Shown: positions 22,872 to 34,250 of the stretch, piece by piece
Layout: each line of letters starts with the position of its first letter
Position numbering within the stretch: position 1 is the first letter of the stretch
Translations under genes and position numbers: made by a program
The notes under the pieces: model-generated
Seen by the model: the letters and a program-made list of their open reading frames with translations, nothing else
Told to the model about the DNA's origin: nothing
The model's database searches: none
Source: Dipteris shenzhenensis
Lineage: Eukaryota
Direction: 5' to 3' (one strand)
DNA length: 64,000 nt
NCBI GenBank assembly: GCA_047967505.1
Contig: CM106538.1

Positions 22872-23223
22872 TGTGAAGATAGTGGGAGAGAGGGAAGGAG
22901 TCTCACTTGCAGCATTCTCACATACATAATGGGGGAATACACACAAAGGTGGAGGCTGAAAATAGTTTTCCTCTTCTTAGTTGTGAAAGCCAAAAAAACT
23001 CTAGTACAAAGAAATAGAAGAACCCTATATGTGGGTCTCAAACCAAACTCAACTAACTAAGGTGGCATACTAACTGAGCCACGAACTAGTGTGGATAAGG
23101 ATAGCTGTCATCCAGCTATTATTCGTGGGCGGTGTACCAACCGCATCTGTAGCTAACAAGTCGGTGACATAAATGCACAACGGTCACCCTGGCATATCGC
23201 GAGTGGAGCTCGATATCTCAACA
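22872..23223 (-). repeat. 3' LTR of Copia B
   Basis: TGTGAAG...TCTCAACA, direct repeat of 28168-28519. Confidence 0.96.
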
Positions 23224-26200
23224 CTCCCCCTCGAGCTCAATCCCAATTCCTGCACACCAAGCAGGTCTCTGAACTTGCGCAGCTTCTCTGCGCCCAATGC
23301 CTTCATGAATATGTCAGCTACCTGATCCTCTGTGCTGACATAAACTAGATCAATAAGACCTACTAAAACCTTCTCCCGCACATAGTGATAATGCACCTCA
23401 ATGTGCTTTGTTCTAGCATGAAAGACTGGGTTATTTGCCAAGTGTATACTGCTCATGTTGTCACAATAAATGACAACTGGCCCATCTGTAGACTGATGCA
23501 TATCATAGAGTAGCTTATGCAACCAAGCTACCTCACATGCAGCCATTGCTGCACCCCTGTACTCAGCCTCTGTGCTTGACAAGGCAACTGTAGGCTGTTT
23601 CTTGCTGCTCTAAGTGACTGCAGCACTCCCAAAAGAGAACACATATCCACTGGTAAATCATCTATCAGAAATACTACCAGCCCAATCAACATCAGTGTAT
23701 CCATGCAACTATATCTGAACCCCAGCCTCATAAAATAGTCCATACTGCAATGTGGACTTCACATACCTGAGTATGTGTCTAGCCGCATCCAAATGCGGTT
23801 TCCTTGGAGCGTGCATAAACTGACTTACCAACCCAATAGCATAGCTCAAATCTGGCCTGGTAATAGTCATGTAAATCAAACTTCCTACTATGCATATGTA
23901 CATAGTAGGGTCTTCCAGAAGCTCACCTGCATCTGCGCTCAGCTTCACATTCTGCTCCAAAGGAACTGAAATAGGCTTACAGCATCCCATATTTGGACAG
24001 CATGTCCAGTCCATACTGCCTCTGCAAGAGCTGTATCCCACTTGGTGATCTAATCACCTCAATGCTCAAGAAATAACGCAGCTCTCCCAAATCCTTCATC
24101 TCAAACTTCTGCCTCAATAGCATTTTCACATGAAGGATATCTTCATCACTATCACCTGTGATGATCAAATCATCAACATAAATGACAAGCAGCATAATCC
24201 CTTTCTCTGTTTTTCTCACATAGAGGGAGAAATCTGCCTTGGAATTCTGAAAGCCAATAGTGACAAGTTACTGTCCTATCTTGTCAGACCATGCTCTAGG
24301 TGCTTGCTTCAAGCCATACAAGGCTTTCTTCAACCTGCAAACAAACTCAGGATGAATAGCATGAACATAACCTGCTGGCTGCTAAATAAAGACCTCTTCT
24401 TGCAAATCACCATGCAAGAAGGCATTCTTTACATCCATCTGATGTAAAGACCATCCCTTTGATGCAGCCATAGCAATGGCTACTCTTACGGTTGCCATCC
24501 TTGCAACCGGGCTGAAAGTTTCTTCATAATCAATGCCATATGTCTGTGCATGCCCCTTGACAACTAATCTTGCCTTGTATCTATTCACAGAACCATCTGC
24601 ATTGTGCTTGATCTTATAAACCCACTTACAGTCAATTCCATTCTTGTCTTTAGGCAAAGGCACCAATTCCCATGTAGCATTTACATCCAAGGCATCCATT
24701 TCTTCATCCATGGCTTTCTCCCATTTTTCATTTCCCATGGCTTGCTCAAAAGAAGTGGGTTCTGGTTCCTGTATCACTTTGACCATATAGGCATAGTGAA
24801 TGGCTATAAATCCATCATATTTCAGCCTATCCACAGGATACCTCACCCTGGTAGACCTGCGCAAAATAGGCTCACTTCCAGGTGCTCTCAAAACATCCCT
24901 GGTCTTCCTTACTCCAGGTGTAACAACAGAAGGAATACCCAACTCATCATCAATGCTCTGCTCTGAGCCACTGGATTCACCATCCACATAAGAGTGACCT
25001 GCATTCACACCAAACATGGGCTGATCTACCTTCTCTTTTCCTTTTCGTGATACCTGCGTACCACTATCTGCATTGCTTTGAGGAGATTCTCCTGATCTCA
25101 ATCTACCTGTCCATGGTGAAGTATGTGAACCACTGCTAGAGGACACTGTAGGTCCACTGATATTTTGTGATTGCTGCTGTGAATTTTGTGCAGCATTACC
25201 ATTTTGTGCATCTACATCAATCATCACATTTACTGGTTTATACCAGCTTCTCATCTCATCAAAAACAACATCTTTGCTCACTGTGAACTTACGTGTAGAA
25301 GAGTTATAGCATCTATACCCTTTCTGCTGCAGAGAATAACCAATAAAGATGCACTTCTCAGCCTGTGGATCCAACTTGGACCTCAACTCATCTGGCACAT
25401 GAACATAGGCAATGCAACCAAAAATTTTCAAATGAGAAATGTCTGGTTTCCTACCAGTATACATCTCCTCTGGCGTCATGCCATGTATTGCTACAGTGGG
25501 AGTCCTGTTCATTATATAAATTGCTGTAGCAACTGCTTCAGCCCAATAATAATCTGGTAGACCTTTTTCATTCAGCATGGCCCGAGATACCTCTCCAATA
25601 TGCCTGTTTTTCCTTTCTGCAATTCCATTTTGCTGTGGGGTATGACTGCATGACTATTGCTGCTTTATGCCATGCTCCTGCAGGAACCTTGCAAACTCAT
25701 TTGAGGTACTCTCCCCCTCCATCTGACCTTAGGCATTTTATTTGCAGGCCTGTTTCTTTTTCAACCATAGCTTTAAAAGCTTTGAAGTGCCCAAACACTT
25801 CACTTTTCTTTTTCATAAAATACACCCAAAGTTTTCTGCTGAAGTCATCAATAAATGTGACAAAATAGTGACAGCCTCCAATAGATGCAGCTTTAGTAGT
25901 CCACACATCAGAGTGGATTAATTCCAATGGCTTTTTACTCTCTTGAACATGCTTAGGAAATGGTTTCCTTGCCTGTTTTCCAAATTGACAGGCTTCACAC
26001 ACCTTATGCATTTCTACAACCTTGAATTTAGGCAATCCTGCAACAATATTTTGGGCCTGTATTGATTTAAGTCGTTGTACATTAACATGACCAATGCGTT
26101 TATGCCAGATATCAATATCTGCAACTACACCGGTCCCATGTGCAAACATTGCTGCACTCAATTCAGGCATGTCCGCATCCAATGTAAACATCCTGCCTTT

Positions 26201-27623
26201 CTTCTTTCCTTTTGCTATCAAGCGACCATTATTTTTCATATCCTCAACAAAACATCCATGAGTATTGAATCTGACCTGCAAGCCCTGCTCAACCATTTGA
26301 CCAACAGAAACCAGGTTCTTGGTGATGTTCGGGACATGAAATACACCAGACAAGTATTTCTTTTTCCCATCCTGCATAGACAAAGGAATTTTGCCAATCT
26401 GCACAATAGGATGTGCAGTATCATCACCAGTCTCCACAAATCCTCGTTTTTCCATTTTCCTTGCATCCTGCATCCTGCATCCATTCAGCATGACCTGTCA
26501 TGTGGTTTGATGCACCTGAGTCAACATACCACACATCATTGCTTTCTTTTGCACTTGTCACAGAATTTGTCATATGCTGTACCATAAACAAATGTTCATT
26601 TCTGTCATCACCCTGTCTACTAGAGGATGCATAATTGCCTTGCTGCAATTTTCCATTCATAATGTAATTCTGCTTTTTGTAGCAGTCTTTAGCCATATGC
26701 CCCATTTTACCCATTTTGAGCAGTCTTTAGCCATATGACCCATTTTACCCTAAAGCAGTCTTTAGCCATATGACCCATTTTGCCACAATAGTAGAATTCA
26801 ACATTGCTATTTGCATTTTGGCCTCTCTGCCATCCACCACGTCCTCTTTGGCTCCCCCTGCCTCTAGAGTTACCACGTCCTCCTGCATAGGACTGGTTTT
26901 CTTGAGTTTGCTGCATATTCTGATTTCTACCATGGCCTCCAGATCGGCCTCCTCTACCTCTGCCTCTACCCCTTCCAGCATTTGAGTAGAAGACAGTTTC
27001 TTTTGAGGTTCCTCCTGAAGAAGATGCACCACCATTTCTCTGCTCTTCAGAAATTAGAAGAGCAATCAACTCCTCAAAATCAGGAAATTTTTCACGGATG
27101 GCAATGGATGTCCGGAACTGTGCATAATCCTTTCCTAGACCATTCAAGGTCACAGAAACTAAATCGTCATCATCCACTGGCGACCCAATGGAAGCAAGTG
27201 CATCCGCAATTTTCTCCACCTTCATGTGGTAGTCATTGATGCTCATATTTTCTCTCTACACACATTGTGCAGCTCCTGCTTGAGCTGCATTTTCCTAGCC
27301 TGCGTATTTGTGCTGTACATTTTAGCCAAAGTATCCCATGCCACCTTTGGCGTACTTGCATCCTGAATATGCACAATCATTGAATCTGAAATACTGATAG
27401 ACAGCCAGTACATAACTTTTCTGGCTCTCTCATGCCATCCTTTAAATGCCTGCATTTCCTGTTGATTGGGAACTTTAGGAAGAACTGGGTCTTCTTCATT
27501 TCCTGTAATGAACTCCCAGTAGCCTTTTCCCATAAGGAAATTCGTCATTCTAAACTTCCATGCTTGGAAGTTGTTCTTGTCAAGCTTTTCAGTGACAATC
27601 TGTGAAAGAGAATCAAACGCCAT
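23184..27623 (-). pseudogene. Copia B gag-pol pseudogene
   Basis: Same domain series as Copia A (gag, WYVDSGASNHM, LIHSDVW, YVDDLIITG, HARTKHIEVHYH) broken into ORFs 27243-27623, 26707-27246, 25697-26491, 24382-25578, 23977-24219, 23709-24041, 23184-23582. Confidence 0.95.
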
Positions 27624-28167
27624 TACAGAACACTACAAAATATTATGTCACTGCAAAAAACACAGCTTTTGCCTCCCAAGGGCAAATCTACAAACCTGAC
27701 GAAAGTGGTTTTTTGACCACACAGTCACTTCCTAGTGACGATTTTGCATCAACAGGCAATAAGGATGATTCTGCAACTCCCAATATCTCTACACATAGGC
27801 ATACGATGCAATTTCTGCGGCAACTTTTCACCGACCTGCAGAACAGTGGTCGCACAGCAAAAACAGAGCCTTTTTCTGAGTGCCTGCGGAGAACTTCCGC
27901 CTCCAAAACGGGCCCCGAAATGACCTCGAATCAAAAAAATAAAGTCACCAAGGGCTTTGCCCTTACTTGCAGCATATAATGCCCTCTCGCCACACTGCAA
28001 AGGGCATCTCAATCTGAGACAGTGCACTCTTGCACTTCCAGCTGTGCTACCTATAGAGATTTGCTCCCAAACTCGAAAAAGGAAAGCAACACTAGTCCTC
28101 TTACTGGGACACTGCGAACTTGGTTTGCTTTCTTGAGCTCCTTACCACGAACAAGGCTCTGATACCA

Positions 28168-28519
28168 TGTGAAGATAGTGGGAGAGAGGGAAGGAGTCTC
28201 ACTTGCAGCTTTCTCACATACATAATGGGGGAATACACACAAAGGTGGAGGCTAAAAACAGTTTTCCTCTTCTTAGTTGTGAAAGCCAAAAAAACTCTAG
28301 TACAAAGAAATAGAAGAATCCTATATGTGGGTCTCAAACCAAACTCAACTAACTAAGGTGGCATACTAACTGAGCCACGAACTAGTGTAGATAAGGATAG
28401 CTGTCATCCAGCTATTATTCATGGGCGGTGTACCAACCGCATCTGTAGCTAACAAGTCGGTGACATAAATGCACAATGGTCACCCTGGCATATCGCGAGT
28501 GGAGCTCGATATCTCAACA
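28168..28519 (-). repeat. 5' LTR of Copia B
   Basis: About 7 substitutions versus 22872-23223 by manual comparison. Confidence 0.96.
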
Positions 28520-28673
28520 ATGGCATGGTAGGTGACTAATCTGGTCTGTGTATGCTTCTCTAATTGATAGAGTCTTTCTTTTAGGGATGCATGATCTCCC
28601 ATGCATTCCTGTACTGCTATGCATAGGCTTGGTATTACAAATTCTAGTGGGACCATAGCTTCAAGCCTGTACA

Positions 28674-29365
28674 TGGGTGAAAGCAAGGTAATGTGGAATG
28701 CTTTTTCCACTATATAGCATGAAAATATAGCAAAATACATAGTACTTAGATGATGAAAAAAGAAAATCGGTTGTCATATTTTTCAATAAAATATATAGAG
28801 CTCATTGCATAATTACATGCACCACTACCAAGTAACTGAAAGACTCATGAGATGTTTCGGGTAGTTCTTGGTTTCCAACTCCATAATTATGTTCCCTCCT
28901 ATATAGATGCACAAGCCAGAATAGATGTAGAAGACTGGGAGAGACGGGAAGATACCGTAAAATCTTCCACATTACATATTAGAAACTATGCATAACTCGT
29001 CAACGGGGCCATGGTTGCATGGAAGATTGACGGGTGGTTCCATATTGTGCTTGGGCAGAGAGGAGGATGTGCAGACAAGAAGCATAGAAGACTAACGTCG
29101 AGGTTCTTCAGAGAGACAACAAGAGAGATGAGATGTAAGATTGCATGAAATTCAAGTTGTGAGACAGACAAAAACACAGCAGGAGAACAAAGAAAATATT
29201 GGGTGGTCCCATTGACACGGTTTGCAGTTACAGTAGATGCCCACATTCTGGTTGCACGTAACAGAATTTCTTTTTAAAAATATCCTTTGCTTTTGTGCTT
29301 TTTGTGCTTTCATAACTTGTGTCCGGGACACAACTATTTTGGACACCTTACCTTGCTTTCATCCA
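28674..29365. mobile_element. Non-autonomous TIR DNA transposon (~690 bp) inserted in the Gypsy integrase
   Basis: Left end TGGGTGAAAGCAAGGTAATGTG (28674-28695); right end reverse complement TGGATGAAAGCAAGGTAAGGTG (29344-29365); removing it plus one CA restores integrase TPF*LVYRLEAM. Confidence 0.85.
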
Positions 29366-30935
29366 CACCAATTAAAAAGGTGTATTCCCTGTACTGACCT
29401 TGAGTGTGGTTTAGTATGCCCACAAGGTTGCATTTAGTTTCTTTGCCCAATCAGAAAGCTTTGGTTCTACTACCTTGGTGAGGATAATGCATAATATTTT
29501 GTTGGTGGATTTGGCCTGTCCATTTCCTTGGAGGTAGTAGGGTGTGCTTTTTTTATGGATCACCATAAAGCCAGAAAAGAGTTCTTGAATAACCTCATTA
29601 ACAAAATGTGTGCCTCTATCCAACACAATTTAAATGGGACATCCGAATTGGGTGATCACATTATCATATAAGAATCTGTTGTGCTTCTAGCATGTGCCTT
29701 TCTAATTGCTTTATTTGGTAAAGTAATTAGAGGCCACAATGATGTAGTGTGCCTATGTTCCCTTTGCTGCTGCTGGATGGATGGGACTTATAAAATCAAT
29801 CCCTCATTTTTCAAATGTTTTTTGTGCAATGACTATTGTTAGGGGATTCAAGTCCTTGTATTGTGGTTTAGTAGTCCGTTGGCATACATCACAACCTTTG
29901 ACATATTCATAGGCATCTGCCCAAACTGCACTATAGCCTACGAGGAGGACTTTTCTTGCTGTGGTTTCCCCTTGGAAGTGTCCTCCTGCAATGCCTTCAT
30001 GGACTCCAATGATGATGGTCATGATCTCATGTGGCATTACACAACTCCTTAAAACCTGATCCTTGTCCATCTTGTATAGTTGTCTTGCAATGAGTTGATG
30101 GGTTGCAACTTTTAAAAATTAGTTTTCTGGCATCTACTACTTTCATTTAAAGGGGTGGTCTTCTTGCCATTAAGTACCGAATGATATCTATACACCAATC
30201 TTAAACAACATCTCTTTGAAATAGTGTGGCACCTAGTAAGTCATATTCTACTCCAGTGGCTTCTTCTCTCAACTTGGCATGAGACATCTTATTGGCAATG
30301 TAATGTTGGGCACCTTTATGGACCACTATTTTGAAATTGAATTCTTGAAGCAAGAGGAGGCATCTGCACTTGTTTATAGCCATTAAAGCCCCATCTAAGA
30401 AGTTGTATACTCGGATCCAACCACCTTTTCAAATATGCCCCATCTAAGAAGCTGTATACCTCGGATCCAGCCACCTTTTCCAACATTGTTTCTGTTAAGG
30501 GTAGGGGATAGTGATCCCTGAGTGTAAAAGTCTTCACATTCTTTAAGTTAACACATATCCTTTGCTTCTTGTTGTGTTTAGGCATGATGATGTTGGGTGA
30601 AACACAGTCAGCATGCTCTATCTCATAGATGAATCTTGCATCTAAGGATTTTCCCAGCTCGTCACATAGACCATGGTGCCATATTTGGATTTGTTCTATA
30701 TGGTCCACATAGCTTAGGGAGGGCGGGTACCTTCCCTAATAGGTATCATGTGTATTGCCACTTCTGGTGAAATTCCCTTCTGGTGCCATATTTGGATTTG
30801 TTCTATATGGTCCACATAGCTTAGGGTGGGTACCTTCCCTAATAGGTATCATGTATACTACCACTTTTGGTGAAATTCCCTTCATCTCCTTGTATGACCA
30901 TGCTAGGTAGTCTCTGTATTCCATTAGGAGTGCTC
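29366..30935 (-). pseudogene. Gypsy RT (N-terminal part), RNase H end and integrase core
   Basis: EYRDYLAWSYKEMKGI; RICVNLKNV..DHYPLP..SFLDG RT; LLLQEFNFKIV; HEGIAGGHF..CDVCQR; DRGTHFVNEVI..GNGQAKSTNKIL..LWAY. Confidence 0.88.
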
Positions 30936-32311
30936 AAGGATTACCAAAAATCGAGCGAGGAAAAGTGAGTGAACCAAAAAAAGTGAGTGATCCAAAAAAA
31001 ATAATCAAAACAAAACAATAATAGATTTAGAACTCTTTATTTTAGCAACTATCTAAGTTCTTCAAAAGTCCATGAGAGGGTTGGACCAATGTCATTGCCA
31101 AGGCATCATTAGTAAAGATGCACCCTATCTTTGCTCACTTTTGCTCATTCAATTTTTTGTAATCCTCCATATCAATCAAGTTCTCTCTCTCCACCAATAT
31201 AAGTGAGATAACCAATGAAATCATCCACACAAGTCAAAAGTTTCATAGGACTTCTTGAATGAAATGGTCTACATTACATGTATGTGCAAATGCTTGGTTT
31301 TTGAACCCTATTCACTCTTGGAACAAAAACTATGTTTTTTTGTTTCCCAAAAAACCCTCCCTAATGAATCACTTCTACATCCCACCAATCCAATAAAATC
31401 TAAAGAGTAAGTACATCCCTTTCTTTAAAAAGAATTCAATTCAAAAAAAAATCAATCTTTGCTTATAGAAATCAATCGTAGAAACCAAAATAGACAGCAT
31501 ATTGACATGGTCCCTATTAGGTAAACTTTCCTCTAGATCCGATGTAAGAAATCGGCTGATTGTTTATTGAATTCACATTTTGATGCATGAGGTTTTACTA
31601 AATGGTGCAAAAGGTCATGATAATCATCTAAATCATGCCTTGCCATTCGTTTTGATATGTAACATGACCCCATTTGGATTTGTAAATCAAAAGATACAGG
31701 ACGTCGAAATTCTCATCTTTGGGCCAAAAGAGGGAGCACATTAACGTGCTCCCTGTTTTGGCCCAAAAGATGAGAATTTCGACTTTCTATATCTTTTGAT
31801 TTACAAATCCAAATGGGGTCATGTAACATACCAAAACGAATGGCAAGGCATGATTTAGACGATTGTCATGACCTTTTGCACCATTTAGTAAAACTTCATG
31901 CATCAAAATGTGAATTTAATGGAATTTTTATCAGTTTCTTGCACCAAATTTATAGCAAGGCCACTCGTAATAGGAGCATGTTAGAACTCTATCTATATAT
32001 TAGGAAAAAAAATAATCAAATGTTTTCTATGCAAGTTCTTTTGATGAAAATATATAGAACACTTTTACCAAGGTAGACTTTCAATAACATGTTATGATCA
32101 TGTTCGAACAGTATTACTAATGTGCACTTGCAATATTATGTTATAATCATGTTCAATGTTGAGGAAGCGCTATAAATATTTATTAATAATGAGTACATAC
32201 ATACAATGAGGTTATGTGTTGGTAGCCCAACCATTTCTTCTTTGCTCGCTTTTTCTCGCTCGCTTATTTGGTCTTGCTCGCTCAGCATCACTCGCTTGAT
32301 CGACTACCTCT
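30936..32311. mobile_element. Non-coding insertion with 8-bp TSD (hAT-like) carrying a foldback palindrome
   Basis: GAGTGCTC at 30928-30935 and 32312-32319; inverted subterminal GAGCGAG.AAAAG.GAG motifs (30951-30973 vs 32241-32263); Gypsy pol resumes on both sides. Confidence 0.78.
31566..31920. repeat. Long near-perfect inverted repeat centred on TTAA (31741-31744)
   Basis: Arms of ~175 bp pair almost fully (e.g. CATGACCCCATTTGGATTTGTAAATCAAAAGATA vs TATCTTTTGATTTACAAATCCAAATGGGGTCATG); weaker pairing extends to ~31500/31985. Confidence 0.95.
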
Positions 32312-33255
32312 GAGTGCTCTAGTTTTGTTTCCTCTTCTTGTGTGAGCTGTTTCCCAACTTGTCCCTCATAGATTGGAGTTTCTCCAATGTTATCAGTTTC
32401 TTGGACTTCATATTCTCTTACTCGTCTTAGCATTGCTATGGGGACACTACCGCTGGTGTAGTTCTTGAAGTACTCTGGGATTTCATGAAGATCAACCGAT
32501 GGTGTTAAACTAGCCGTACATGGCTATGGTCACTAGATGGCATAGTATCATTAATAGTTTTAAAGGATCTTGTAGACTTTGTTTTTCTGGAGTCTCATTA
32601 TCGAACTTCATCCACACATGTGGCTTAAACTTTTGAAACTTTTTACATTGGGAACTATGGGGTAACTTTTCCACTAGCAAAGTATTCCCACGTAATGGTT
32701 CATTTGCTATACATACTCCTTCGAGTCCATCAAGGAACCATTCAAGGGGAGGTGGCTCAGATTTTGGGAGAGTTGGCTTGGTAAGATACAACTCTACAAT
32801 CCTAGCTTGGACTCATTCAAACTCATTAAAGTGGTCGGCCTTGGCTTTGCGATGACGATGTCCTCCTTCAATTTTCTTATGGGATCTTTTGCTATTATTT
32901 AGCATTGTAGTTTCAACTTTGGGAAGTTTGACAGCAATTAGGGCATGGATAATGACTAAATCATTGTCAAAGACATGGTCTTCTAACTGGGCATTTTCAG
33001 CCTCTGTTTCAAGGTCCCAAGGAAAATTCAAGTCCTTAGTGTCATGGATAGCTTCTTCAAGATCACTATTCCATTCAAGGTCAACCATAAAGAATGACAC
33101 TTTTGGATCTATTGGTTCTTCATGTGTGAGTGGAGATTTTACATGCATGATGACCTTAGCATAATTTGTGAGAAGATTGGATCTAGTGAATGGTAGTTGT
33201 CAATGATTGCCAATGCTTGGATCCAATTTTTGACATTGCTTTGCGTATCTCCTAT

Positions 33256-33777
33256 TCAGGCATGTTGTTGTGCGAGGGCTGATTTTCTTGACATCATCGA
33301 TGAAAAGGCTTCATCCAACTCTCTATGTGTAATGGGTTTTATTGCTCGTGTCCCCACATTGACTCTTACTACTATGTTGCAATTTTGTATTGTTAATCTA
33401 TTAGTTCCCCAATCATGGAGGACTAATGCTTCACCCAACCAAGGACATCCAAGCAAGATTTGATAGGATTTATTGGGGAGATCCAGGATTGTGAACTAAA
33501 GAGTAAAGCAGACTTCTACTACTTTTGTGGACACTCCATTCGCTATACTCAAGGGCTTTGCATGTGGATCATCTGCAAGGCGTGTGTTGAAATTAGCCTT
33601 TTTCATTGGTGGGAGACCCCATTCACCATAGAGATCCTTGGATAGTACATTGCCACCTGCTCCACCATCCACAATGGCTTGGACTTCATCATATGCTTTA
33701 TTGATCAAAGGCATGGTGATGTTGCATATGTCATCTCTTCCACCCATCTGCACAAGGATATCTTCTATGTCTTCCAT
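33256..33777 (-). pseudogene. Gypsy aspartic protease
   Basis: VQAIVDGGAGGNVLS catalytic motif, RLAD, LLGCPWL..HDW. Confidence 0.85.
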
Positions 33778-34250
33778 AGGTGGAGGGGGATTTTCTTATT
33801 CAATCCATCCTTTGAAACTCTCCCAGATATTGGGACAATTTCATAAGAGGATTCCAATGGGAATGGACACAGGGCAACTTAGAACGCTAGAGAGTGTGGC
33901 ACCTTCAAGTTGGCATGGCGGTATATTATGTTGTGGATCTTGTTTGCTGGTACAAAGGCTCGAGTATATTATCAATACTTGGTGGGGCCACATCATGGAT
34001 TAGATTTTGTGCTTTCTTCTCAGCCTCAAATTGAGCTTTGTTCTTTTTGCACCCATTATTGAAGTGCCTAAAATTGAGCCTTCTCCACTTCTGCATTAGG
34101 GTATGGAGCGTCTTTTATTATAGGATCTAGAGTTGATGTTGATGCGCTTGGCTACTCATTGCTTCATAGAAGTATAGGCACTTGTTCTTTCTTTTGGAGA
34201 GGTCACCTTGATTGAATTGCAATAATAGGTCTCTTGATTTCCTCTTTTTG

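Larger units (their letters stand above)
22872..28519 (-). mobile_element. Ty1/Copia LTR retrotransposon, full-length, inactivated (Copia B; same family as Copia A)
   Basis: 352-bp LTRs 22872-23223 and 28168-28519; PBS GCTCTGATACCA 28156-28167; PPT after 23223; perfect 5-bp TSD ATGGC (22867-22871, 28520-28524). Confidence 0.97.
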
